Below, piece by piece: positions 1-8,442 of a stretch of 64,000 bases of DNA. The notes under the pieces were generated by a model that was not told the DNA's origin, did no database searches, and was given only the letters and a program-made list of their open reading frames with translations. Source of the stretch: Actinomycetes bacterium (GTDB lineage Bacteria; Actinomycetota; Acidimicrobiia; Spongiisociales; ZC4RG35). The stretch lies in the NCBI GenBank assembly GCA_003242515.2, contig QGUS02000002.1, forward strand, positions 5,491-69,490, given 5' to 3'. Numbering within the stretch: the first letter of the stretch is position 1; each line of letters opens with the position of its first letter. The translations under genes were made by a program, and so were the position numbers.

Positions 1-125
1 CTCACCGCCACGGCGTGGAGATGCCCATCGCCGAGCAGGTAGGCAGGGTGATCGCCGGAGAGGTGCACCCGAGGGAGGCGATGCTCCTACTCATGACCCG
101 GCAGGCCAAGCCGGAGACGACCTGA
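1..125 (+). CDS. gpsA: 3' end of NAD(P)H-dependent glycerol-3-phosphate dehydrogenase (gene starts upstream of window)
   Basis: Frame 3 reads HRHGVEMPIAEQVGRVIAGEVHPREAMLLLMTRQAKPETT* with TGA at 123-125. The pattern MPI..V..V..G...P.EA...LM.R..K.E matches remembered GpsA C-termini. Only 41 codons are visible. Confidence 0.5.
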   Translation, partial: HRHGVEMPIAEQVGRVIAGEVHPREAMLLLMTRQAKPETT

Positions 126-188
126 AACCGGCGGGCATATCCCGGGGTTCTCCACGGTTGACGCATACCGGACTTCGAAGAGGCATCT

Positions 189-1121
189 GTGACGCGACTC
201 ATTCAGACCAGCCACGGCACCAACACCGGCGCCTTCACGCCGATCGACTGGGCCATGTTCGGGGCCCTCGGCCTCATCTGGGGCTCCTCGTTCCTGCTCA
301 TGGCCATCGGCCTCGACGCCTTCCACCCCGGCTTCGTCGCCCTGCTGCGGATCGTGGCGGCGGCGGTGTTCCTCTGGTCGCTCCCCCAGGTGCGCCGCAC
401 GCGGGTCGACCGTGAGGACATCGGGCGGATCGCGCTGATCGGCCTGACCTGGGTCGCGGGGCCATTCACCCTCTTCCCGCTCGCACAGCAGTGGATCTCC
501 TCCGGCACGGCCGGCCTGATCAACGGGACCACCCCGATCTTCACCGCCATCGTGGCCTCGGTCCTGCTCCGCACCCTGCCCGGCCGGCTGCAGAGGGTCG
601 GCCTCGTCCTGGGCCTGGCCGGCGTGGTGCTCATCGCCTGGCCGTCGATCAACGCGGGCAGCAACCAGGCCCTCGGGATCCTCCTGGCCCTCCTGGCCGC
701 GGCGTCATACGGCCTCTCAATCAACCTCTCGGTGCCCCTCAACCAGAAGTACGGCTCCCTGGCGACGATGAGCCGGGTCATCTGGACGGCGCTGCCGATG
801 GTCCTCCCCTTCGGGATCTATGGGCTGACCCGGTCGGAGTTCGCCGTCCCGTCGTTCCTGGCGACCACCGTCCTGGGCGTCGTCGGCACGGGCCTGGCGT
901 TCATCCTGGCGGGCCGGATCGCCGCGTCGGTGGGCGGGACCCGCAGCTCCTTCACAGCCTACGTGATCCCGGTGGTGGCCCTGGTCCTCGGTGCGATCTT
1001 CCGCGACGAGACGGTGAACCTGATCTCGGTGATCGGCATCGCCCTCGTGCTGACGGGTGCGTTCCTCGCCTCCCGCAAGGAGCGTCCCGCGGTCTTGGAG
1101 ACCGAGCCCGCCGCGGCCTGA
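189..1121 (+). CDS. EamA/DMT-family transporter
   Basis: 310 aa with a GTG start at 189. Polytopic hydrophobic profile with two EamA-like halves (GLIWGSSFLLM..., GTGLAFILAGR...). High GC3. Confidence 0.75.
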   Translation: MTRLIQTSHGTNTGAFTPIDWAMFGALGLIWGSSFLLMAIGLDAFHPGFVALLRIVAAAVFLWSLPQVRRTRVDREDIGRIALIGLTWVAGPFTLFPLAQQWISSGTAGLINGTTPIFTAIVASVLLRTLPGRLQRVGLVLGLAGVVLIAWPSINAGSNQALGILLALLAAASYGLSINLSVPLNQKYGSLATMSRVIWTALPMVLPFGIYGLTRSEFAVPSFLATTVLGVVGTGLAFILAGRIAASVGGTRSSFTAYVIPVVALVLGAIFRDETVNLISVIGIALVLTGAFLASRKERPAVLETEPAAA

Positions 1122-1124
1122 GGG

Positions 1125-2030
1125 CTAGGCCGCAGCGCGGCGGAGCGCCCGGACCGCCAGGTCGCGATCGCCGAGACGGCGCCGCAGCTCCCGCTCCAGG
1201 CCGCCGATCGGATACAGGTTCTGTGGCGCACGAGGGTCCTTGTGCAGGGCCGAGGCGAACCGGGGCAGCGTGGCGGTGATCCGGTTGGCGGCCCGTGCGG
1301 CGTCGGCCACCGGCTGGTCGGCGCTCACCTCGCACCGGACCAGGCCGCCCGCCGGACCCGGGGCCGTGGCGAGCCGCATGTACCAGGAGAAGCGGCTCCA
1401 GTTCTGCGACGTCAGGAACAGAGGAGTGCGGGCCCCGACCGGCAGTCCGGCGAGAAGCCCCCTCAGCTCCATCGGCAGGTACTGGACCCGCTGGGTCTTC
1501 ACGTAGCCGACCGCGTCGGGGATGTCACGCACATGGGACAGTGGCCCGTCGACTACCACCAGGTCCGCTCCCCCGACCTGCCTGGCCACCCGGGCCTCCA
1601 GGTCGCCCAGGCGCTGCTGGATCCCCAGCCACAGCTGCTCGGCGGTGGTGCCCTTCGTGGCCTTCACCCCGTAGGTGCCCACCGAGGTGACCACGTCCCG
1701 GGCCGCCGTGGCGGTGAAGAGACCGCGCTCCACTACGGCCGCCTCCAGGCGGGCCGACCCGCCACGACAGACCACGGCGCCGGCGGCGTAGGTGGCTGCG
1801 AGGGAGAAGGCCGGGAAGTCCGGGGGCTGCTCGATCCAGACGGTTGCGTCCACCCGACGGACGCCGTCCACGAACAGCAGGTCGCCCACGGGGTCGGCGT
1901 CGGTCTCCAACGGCTGCCACCGGTCGGCGGGCAGCTCGACAGAGACGTCGACCTCGGCGCTGGCGTCCTCCAGCTCGGAGTCGGTCGGCGCCCCGTAATC
2001 GGAGTCCCACGCCTCGACCGTGAACCTCAC
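1125..2030 (-). CDS. nurA: NurA-like nuclease (301 aa), last gene of the herA-mre11-rad50-nurA cassette
   Basis: An in-frame GTG at 2030 overlaps the sbcC stop (GTGA, 2027-2030). The upstream part of the 448-aa track ORF is Arg/Pro/Gly-rich junk. The product VRFTVEAWDSDYG... carries Asp-Gly motifs (LLFVDGVRR, LVVVDGPLSH) and FSWYMRL...LVRCEV blocks resembling the NurA family. Its position after rad50 matches the archaeal operon. Confidence 0.5.
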   Translation of the reverse strand: MRFTVEAWDSDYGAPTDSELEDASAEVDVSVELPADRWQPLETDADPVGDLLFVDGVRRVDATVWIEQPPDFPAFSLAATYAAGAVVCRGGSARLEAAVVERGLFTATAARDVVTSVGTYGVKATKGTTAEQLWLGIQQRLGDLEARVARQVGGADLVVVDGPLSHVRDIPDAVGYVKTQRVQYLPMELRGLLAGLPVGARTPLFLTSQNWSRFSWYMRLATAPGPAGGLVRCEVSADQPVADAARAANRITATLPRFASALHKDPRAPQNLYPIGGLERELRRRLGDRDLAVRALRRAAA

Positions 2031-4402
2031 GCCACCTCCCTCACCTCGGAGCCCTTCGGCCCGCGGTGGACCTCGAAGCGGACCGGCGCCCGCTCCGCCA
2101 GCTCCTTCACGTGTGTGATCACGCCCACCATCAGCCCCCTGGTCCCGGCCAGGTCCTCGAGCAGCGAGGCGACCGTGTCCAGGGTCTCCTCGTCGAGGGT
2201 GCCGAAGCCCTCGTCGAGGATGACGGCGTCGAGGCGGGCCTCGCCGTGTGCGGCGTGGATCTCCGCGAGGGACAGGGCGAGCGCCAGGGAGACCAGGAAC
2301 GTCTCGCCGCCGGAGAGGGTCGTGACGGGGCGCAGCTCGTCGGCGTTGCGATGGTCGACCACCTCGAAGACACCGTCGTCGACCGTGAGGGAGTAGCCGC
2401 CGTCGGACAGCTCCGCCAGCAGCTCGTTGGCGCCGGCGACCAGGCTGCGCAGCGCCCCGCCCATCATCCACTTCTCGAACCCGTCGGCGCGGAGATGGTC
2501 GGCCAGGGCCTTGGCGACAGCCGCCTCGGACGATGCCCCCTGGATCTCCTCCTCCAGACGCGCCGCCTCTGCGATCGAGCCCTCCGCGAGCTCCAGGGAG
2601 TGACGGGCCCGCTCCAGGGCGCGGGTCACGCTGGAGAGGACGGAACCGGCGACCACCACGTCGTGTGCGGCCAGAACGTCGGCGATCTCCTCGAGACGTC
2701 GGTCGACGGTCTCCTGAACCCCCACCGCCCTGGCACGCGCCTCCTCGACGGCGGTGCGGACCCGGGACAGCTCGTCGTCACGCCAGGCCAGCAGCTCCTT
2801 CCACTGCACGGCCACGTCGTCGCTCTCGGAGACGGGTGGCTTGAGGTCGGCGACGGAGTCCCGGGCGCGCTGGAGCTCACGGCCCAGCGAGCGCTGCTGG
2901 TCGACCAGGTCCTCCCGGCGTCGGCGCGCCGCCTCCGCCGCCCGGCGGGCCTCCTCCTCTGCCTGGCGCAGCCCGGCGAGCCTCTCCCGGCACCCGGCCA
3001 GGACGCCTTCGAGCCGCTCCAGCTCATCGTCGTCGGGGACGCCCGCCAGGTCGGCGTCCAGTGCGGCGAGCCGGGCCTCCAGCCCGGATGCCTCCGCCTC
3101 GAGACGCGTCACGCCCTCCCGCTCCTTCGCCGCCACCGCCCTGGCCTCGGCGACGGCCCTCTCGGCTCGGGCGAGATCCTCCTCGAGGCCCTCGAGGTCG
3201 GCAAGGGCCTCCAGCTCGGGGAGCTCGGCGACCTCCTGGCGGCACACCGGGCAGGCGGCACCTGCCACCAGGGTCTCCGCCAGGGCGTGGGCGGCGTGGC
3301 CCATCCGGGTCTCGTCGAGCAGCCTCCTGGCGGCCGCAGCCGCCTCCTCGGCGGCGGCCAGCTCCTCCTCCCGTGCGGCGAGTGCCCGACGGGCGGGATC
3401 GAGGTCGAGCTCGGCGAGCCGGGCGGCGACGTCCTCACGCTCCCGGCGGAGACGCCGCTGCGCCTGGAGCGTCCCGGCGTCGGGCAGGCCGGACATCTCC
3501 TCCTCGACGGCGAGACGGTCCCTGGTCACCCTGGCGAGCTCGTCTTCCGCACCGGCGACGGCCTCGGCGGCCTCCGCCGCCATGCGCGCCAGCTCGTCGA
3601 TGCCCTCGGGCAGGTCGAGGCGGGAGAGGCGGGTCACGGCGTCGTCGAGGCGCTCCACCTCCGCGGAGGCCGCGTCCAGGCTCTTCTTCAGGTCGGCGAG
3701 CTCCTGCTCCCACCCGGCAGCCCCGGACTCGAGCTTCTCCAGCGACGCCACCCGCTCCCTGAGGGCGTCGATCTCCTCGGCCGGGGGCACCTGCAGGCTC
3801 TCCAGCCGTGCCCGGGCCACATCGACCCGCGCGTCCGCGGCTGCCTTTCGCTCCCGGGCGAGCTCCCGCACCTTCGTGTAGACGTCCATGCCGAGCAGGC
3901 CGCGCAGCAGGTCCTGACGCTCCTTCGGCGTGGCGTGCAGGAACCGGGCGAAGTCGCCCTGGGGCAGGACCACGGTCCGGGTGAAGTCGTCGAACCCGAG
4001 CCCGAGGAGGACCTCCACGCCCTCGGTGACCGCGGCGGCGCCGTCGTGGAGGACCTGGTCGCCGTGCTGGAGCCGCGCCTCGCGTACCGACGCCCCGCCG
4101 CCCGCGGTCCGGCGGACCTCCCTGACGGCGGTGAAGACGGAGCCGTCGGCCTCGAAGTCGAACCGGACCCGGCACCGGTCCGCGCCGGCCGAGATCACGG
4201 GCGCCACCTCCCGCTGACCCAGCCGCGGGATCCGTCCGTAGAGGGCGAAGATCATGGCGTCGATCAGGCTCGACTTCCCCGAGCCGGTCGCCCCGGACAG
4301 CGAGAAGAAGGCGGTGTCGGTCTCCAGGGCGCGGGCGAAGTCGACGACGACCCTGCTCCGGAACGCCGAGAAGCCCTCCATCTCGATGCGGACGGGCCTC
4401 AT
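2027..4402 (-). CDS. sbcC: Rad50/SbcC-family DNA repair ATPase (791 aa)
   Basis: ATG at 4402 overlaps the sbcD stop (ATGA). N-terminus is MRPVRIEMEGFSAF. Walker A SGATGSGKSS; long Ala/Glu/Leu/Arg coiled coil with a CPVC zinc hook (3242-3253); signature LSGGETF; Walker B AVILDEGFGTLD. The track ORF (to 5341) is a 5' over-extension. Confidence 0.85.
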   Translation of the reverse strand: MRPVRIEMEGFSAFRSRVVVDFARALETDTAFFSLSGATGSGKSSLIDAMIFALYGRIPRLGQREVAPVISAGADRCRVRFDFEADGSVFTAVREVRRTAGGGASVREARLQHGDQVLHDGAAAVTEGVEVLLGLGFDDFTRTVVLPQGDFARFLHATPKERQDLLRGLLGMDVYTKVRELARERKAAADARVDVARARLESLQVPPAEEIDALRERVASLEKLESGAAGWEQELADLKKSLDAASAEVERLDDAVTRLSRLDLPEGIDELARMAAEAAEAVAGAEDELARVTRDRLAVEEEMSGLPDAGTLQAQRRLRREREDVAARLAELDLDPARRALAAREEELAAAEEAAAAARRLLDETRMGHAAHALAETLVAGAACPVCRQEVAELPELEALADLEGLEEDLARAERAVAEARAVAAKEREGVTRLEAEASGLEARLAALDADLAGVPDDDELERLEGVLAGCRERLAGLRQAEEEARRAAEAARRRREDLVDQQRSLGRELQRARDSVADLKPPVSESDDVAVQWKELLAWRDDELSRVRTAVEEARARAVGVQETVDRRLEEIADVLAAHDVVVAGSVLSSVTRALERARHSLELAEGSIAEAARLEEEIQGASSEAAVAKALADHLRADGFEKWMMGGALRSLVAGANELLAELSDGGYSLTVDDGVFEVVDHRNADELRPVTTLSGGETFLVSLALALSLAEIHAAHGEARLDAVILDEGFGTLDEETLDTVASLLEDLAGTRGLMVGVITHVKELAERAPVRFEVHRGPKGSEVREVA

Positions 4403-5532
4403 GCCTCCACCTCCGCCAGCAGCTCGGCGAAGAGGGAGACCACGGGCTCGTCGAGGGCGCCCCGCTCCTCCAGGTAGCGGCGGAACGCCTCGTGGGGGGC
4501 CAGGTTCTCGGCGTGGTCGGCCTCGGTCCCGGCCCTCTTCGTCTCCCTGGCGGCCAGCACGACGTCCACGGCGCCGGGGATCGCCTCCCGCACCTCGTCG
4601 GCCAGGCCGACCCGGGCGGTCTCGGTGAGGATCACCTTCACATAGGCGTCCTCGAGCTCGTCGCGGCGGGACAGCACCTCGTCCAGGGAGCCGCGGACGG
4701 TGACCAGCCTGCGGCCGGCCATGAGGGTCACTTCGGTGGCCCGGGACGGCTTGCCCGGCTCGGCCTCGACCAGCAGGACGCCCTTGCGGTCCTCCACCTC
4801 GCCGAAGTCGAGCTGGAGCGGCGAGCCGGAGTACCAGACGGCGCCGGGGTGGGGCATCCGCTGCTGGCGATGGAGATGGCCGAGGGCCACGTAGGAGAGG
4901 TGGCCCGGGAACGCGGAGGCCGGGATGGCGTACCCGAAGATGTGCGCCTCGCGCTCGCCTCCCCCGTGGCTGGCGCCGAAGACGGTGAGGTGGCCCACCA
5001 GGACGTTGACGGTGTCGTCGCCCATGTCCGCCGTGAGGCTCTCGATGATCCGGCGGAGGCGGTCCTCGTAGGCGGCGGCGTGCTCGCCGGGGTCGTTCCC
5101 CATGATCTGCTCGACCTTGACGATGCCCCGCTGGGAGACGAACGGGAGCAGGCCGACCCGCACCCCCAGATCCTCGAGGTGGACTGCGCCTCCGGCGCCG
5201 GGCGGCCTGGGCAGGCCGAGGGCGGTGACCCGGCTCATCTCGAGCAGCGGGGCCACCGCATCGATGCGGGCGGCGTTGTCGTGGTTGCCGGCGACGACCA
5301 TCACCGGCGCCACCCGGGAGAGGTCGAGGAGGGCCCGCCACACGATCTCCTCCGCGACCGCGGTGGGCGAGCCGGTGTCGAAGAGGTCACCGGCGACGAT
5401 CACGAGGTCGACGGAGTTCTCCTCGGCCACCGTCACGATCTCGGCGAGGACGGCGCGGTGCTCGTCGGATCGGTCCCGCCCCCGGATCCTCTTCCCGACG
5501 TGCCAGTCGGAGGTGTGGAGGATCCTCATCAC
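4399..5532 (-). CDS. sbcD: Mre11/SbcD-family nuclease
   Basis: Metallophosphoesterase motifs ILHTSDWHVG, IVAGDLFD, VVAGNHD, GHLH. The start (GTG 5532 or ATG 5529) overlaps the herA stop (TGA 5531-5529). Confidence 0.9.
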   Translation of the reverse strand: MMRILHTSDWHVGKRIRGRDRSDEHRAVLAEIVTVAEENSVDLVIVAGDLFDTGSPTAVAEEIVWRALLDLSRVAPVMVVAGNHDNAARIDAVAPLLEMSRVTALGLPRPPGAGGAVHLEDLGVRVGLLPFVSQRGIVKVEQIMGNDPGEHAAAYEDRLRRIIESLTADMGDDTVNVLVGHLTVFGASHGGGEREAHIFGYAIPASAFPGHLSYVALGHLHRQQRMPHPGAVWYSGSPLQLDFGEVEDRKGVLLVEAEPGKPSRATEVTLMAGRRLVTVRGSLDEVLSRRDELEDAYVKVILTETARVGLADEVREAIPGAVDVVLAARETKRAGTEADHAENLAPHEAFRRYLEERGALDEPVVSLFAELLAEVEA

Positions 5533-7184
5533 AGACCCTCGAACGGGTCCTCCGGCCCGGTCGGTGCCGGCCGGACCGCCTCGTCGGCCCGGGTCGCCCA
5601 GGACGGGAAGGGGAACTCGACCACCAGGGGCACCGGGATCTCCGGCTGGGTGAGCAGCATCGTCCCCGGCTTGAGGATCGTGGCCCTCTGCCGGTGGGCG
5701 CCGGGGAGGAAGCCGTACTCCTCGCGGGACGCCTCCGCCGAGTCGAGACGGCCGACCACCCGGATGGACGAGTTGGCGATGATCCGCCGCTCCACCTCGG
5801 ATGCCGTCTGCTGCGCCCCGATCAGGATCACGCCGAGGGACCGGCCGCGCTCGGCGATGTCGAGGAGGATCTCCTTGATCGGGCTGTAGCCGTCACGAGG
5901 GGCGTACTTGTTCAGCTCGTCGAGGACGACCAGGAGCATCTCGGAGGTCTGCCCGGCCTTCTCCTTCTCCTCGAAGGCCTTGCGCAGCGTGACGCCGACC
6001 ACGAACCGCTTGGCCCGGTCGTTGAGGTTGTGGATGTCCACCACGGTCACCTGCGACTCGAGCCGGATCTCGTGGCGCTCCGGGGAGGGGACGTCGGAGC
6101 GGATCAGCCGCTCCACGTGCCGGACCGACCCCTGGAGCCGGCGGACGAAGGCGTTGATGGTCCCGGTGCCCTGGGCGGGGCCGGCCCAGCGGTGACGGTC
6201 GTCCTCGGATTGCACCCGCTCGCAGACGAAGTCGACCAGCTCCCGGAACCTCCGCAGCGTGACCCCCTCGATCTTCACCGCTCCGTTCCCGGTCCCCTCG
6301 GCCTCCTTGAGCCGGGCAGTGACGTTCTGCACCACCGTCACGTACTGGGCCCGGTCGTCCTCGATGTCGGCGAAAAGGAACGGGAGCAGCTCCTCCCTGC
6401 AGAAGCGATCCAGGCTCCAGAAGAACGAGGTGACGTCGGAGCGGGAGTTGACGTCGGCGGTGGCGTTGGCGTCGCCGGCCCGCGGCGGGGCGTATAGCGA
6501 CACCGACCCGAACGGAGCCGCGGGCAGCCCCAGGGTCTCGTAACGGACGCGCTGCTCCTCGTCGAGCTTCCGGTTGGGCCGGTCGAGGTGGAGCAGGTCC
6601 TCGCCTTTCACGTTGAAGATCAGCGCCTTGGTGTTGACCGCGGCCGCGCCCAGGACGCCCGAGTTGAAGAGGGAGTGGAGCAGGAAGGTGGCGTAGGAGG
6701 TCTTGGTGGCAACGCCGGAGATGCCGGAGATGTTGATGTGGGCACCACGGGCGCCGTTGATGAACTCCAGATTGACCCACACCGGCTCGCCGTCGCGGGT
6801 GAGCCCGACGGGCAGACGCCGCTCCATGCGGTCGAAGAAGAGGGCCCGGTCACGCAGCTCGCCCCGGGCGATCTCCACGGGCTGGCCGGGACGGGGCGGG
6901 ACGAAGATCTCCGGCTCGAAGCGGGTGGCGGCGACCAGGGCGGCCTCGGTCACCTCGGCGGGGAGCACCCCGTCGGCGATGAGGAACACGTCGGAGTCGA
7001 ACCTGGCGCCCTCGTGACGGGCCACCACCTGGCTGACGGTGCCGAAGACCCGCACCACCTCCCCGTCGGGGAGGACGCGCTCCAGGGCCACCACGTCGTC
7101 GAGCTGGAGGTACTCGCCTTCGGAGACCCCCACCCAGAACTCCATCGGGGTGGCGTCCTTGGTCCCGAGGACCCGTCCGACCAT
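5529..7184 (-). CDS. herA: HerA-like (DUF87/FtsK-HerA superfamily) ATPase
   Basis: N-terminal barrel-like segment MVGRVLGTKDATPMEFWVGV...VVRVFGTV. P-loop-like GISGVATKTS. Walker B MLLVVLDELNKYAP. The start is set at ATG 7184; ATG 7271 is an alternative. It is the first gene of four overlapping genes. Confidence 0.7.
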   Translation of the reverse strand: MVGRVLGTKDATPMEFWVGVSEGEYLQLDDVVALERVLPDGEVVRVFGTVSQVVARHEGARFDSDVFLIADGVLPAEVTEAALVAATRFEPEIFVPPRPGQPVEIARGELRDRALFFDRMERRLPVGLTRDGEPVWVNLEFINGARGAHINISGISGVATKTSYATFLLHSLFNSGVLGAAAVNTKALIFNVKGEDLLHLDRPNRKLDEEQRVRYETLGLPAAPFGSVSLYAPPRAGDANATADVNSRSDVTSFFWSLDRFCREELLPFLFADIEDDRAQYVTVVQNVTARLKEAEGTGNGAVKIEGVTLRRFRELVDFVCERVQSEDDRHRWAGPAQGTGTINAFVRRLQGSVRHVERLIRSDVPSPERHEIRLESQVTVVDIHNLNDRAKRFVVGVTLRKAFEEKEKAGQTSEMLLVVLDELNKYAPRDGYSPIKEILLDIAERGRSLGVILIGAQQTASEVERRIIANSSIRVVGRLDSAEASREEYGFLPGAHRQRATILKPGTMLLTQPEIPVPLVVEFPFPSWATRADEAVRPAPTGPEDPFEGL

Positions 7185-7279
7185 CTTCTCGCTCACGGCG
7201 GCGAGGGTAGAGCCACCGGCTGACAGAAATGGAGCACCGGGCGCCTCGATGGGCCGCCTGGACGCGGCCATCGACACCA

Positions 7280-7292
7280 GGTACCAAGTACC
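7280..7292. promoter_or_regulatory. Inverted repeat GGTAC-caa-GTACC ending 3 nt before the mgs ATG
   Basis: Read directly at 7280-7292. No Shine-Dalgarno sequence lies between it and ATG 7296. Confidence 0.3.
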
Positions 7293-7295
7293 CGG

Positions 7296-8423
7296 ATGAG
7301 CCTGATCGTCTTCCCCTTCAAGCGTGAGGACCCCGCCGTGGTGGAGTCCAACCTGCGCACCGCCGCCCGACACCCCCGGGTGGAGGCGGTGTGGGCCGTG
7401 GCCGCGGGCGAAGGTGAGGACCTGGACACGGTCGCCGTCATCGGTCGGCAGGTCGCCGCCGACGAGGGCAAGCCCGTCGAGGTGTTCCCCCAGGAGCGGA
7501 TCGGGAGGTTCCGGTCAGGCAAGGGCGACGGGATGAACACGGCGCTCCGTCACGCCGCCACTGCCGGGTCCGAGCGTGTCCACTTCTACGACGCCGACAT
7601 CACGAACTTCGGGCCCGACTGGATCGACGGGGCCGAGGATCGCGCCGACCGGGGGCACGCCATCGTCCGGCACCGGTTCCCCAGAGCGGCCACCGACGCC
7701 ATGATCACCTGGATGGTCACCCGCCCGGGCCTGGCCATGCTGTTCCCGGGGACCCTCCTCCCCCGTCTGGGCCAGCCGCTGGGCGGCGAGCTGCTGTTGT
7801 CCGGCGAGGCGGTCGCCCGCCTGGCGAGCGATCCCCTGGTGACCGCCCGCTCGGACTGGGGCATCGACACCGTGATCACCTACACCACCTCCGCCATGGG
7901 GCTGCCGCTGTACGAGCACCTCGTCCCCACGGGGAAGCGCCACGCCCTCTACGGGTCGCTCGACGAGATCCGCACCATGGTCCTCGAGTGCCTGGACGCG
8001 GTCCGCTCCCTGCGCGGGCTCCCCCGGCCCGACTCCTCCTGGGACGCCGACCCGCCCGCACCCGTCCCCGAGGACCTGAAGCGGACGGTCGCCTACGACG
8101 TGACCCGGACCGAGGCCCTGCTCACCGCGGCGTGGACCGAGGAGGAGGTGGCGCTGGCGGAGGGGATGCCCGAAGCGCGGGCCATCCTCGCCAACCGCGA
8201 CCGCCCCAACTACCTATTCATGGACGCGGAGCTCTGGGGAGGGGTCCTCCGCATCCTCTTCGACCGCTTCGTCCTCGGTGACCCGGCGTGGGAGGGCCTC
8301 GCCTTCCGGCTCTGGGCGATGCGGGTCCTCTGCTACACGACGACCGTGGCCACACGGGGATACGACGCCGCCATGGAGTACCTGGAAGGGACGATCCGGG
8401 ATTACGAGACCCGGCCCGCCTGA
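7296..8423 (+). CDS. mgs: Mannosylglycerate synthase-like glycosyltransferase (GT78 type, single-step pathway)
   Basis: MSLIVFPFKREDP..., RSGKGDGMNTALR, FYDADITNFGPDWI, RHRFPRAATDAMITWMVTR, QPLGGELLL, RSDWGIDT, GKRHALYGSLDEIRTMVLEC and GDPAWE...RVLCYTTTVATRGYD track, block by block, my memory of Rhodothermus marinus MGS. Confidence 0.7.
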   Translation: MSLIVFPFKREDPAVVESNLRTAARHPRVEAVWAVAAGEGEDLDTVAVIGRQVAADEGKPVEVFPQERIGRFRSGKGDGMNTALRHAATAGSERVHFYDADITNFGPDWIDGAEDRADRGHAIVRHRFPRAATDAMITWMVTRPGLAMLFPGTLLPRLGQPLGGELLLSGEAVARLASDPLVTARSDWGIDTVITYTTSAMGLPLYEHLVPTGKRHALYGSLDEIRTMVLECLDAVRSLRGLPRPDSSWDADPPAPVPEDLKRTVAYDVTRTEALLTAAWTEEEVALAEGMPEARAILANRDRPNYLFMDAELWGGVLRILFDRFVLGDPAWEGLAFRLWAMRVLCYTTTVATRGYDAAMEYLEGTIRDYETRPA

Positions 8424-8442
8424 GGCTTACCATCTCGCCCCC

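Noticed and set aside
2066-4477. 803-aa plus-strand ORF
   Set aside because: It is antisense to sbcC. Its composition is Gly/Arg/Leu/Pro-rich with no recognisable motif. The minus strand carries complete Rad50/SbcC motifs. This is a typical high-GC shadow ORF.
1125-7184. Reading the HerA/SbcCD/NurA-like cassette as an anti-phage defence island
   Set aside because: HerA-type ATPases do occur in defence systems. Here, however, the partners are full-length Mre11/Rad50 with a zinc hook plus a NurA-like nuclease. No mobile-element genes, toxin or Sir2-type effectors flank the cassette, and I see no obvious compositional shift. DNA repair is the simpler reading, although defence is not excluded.
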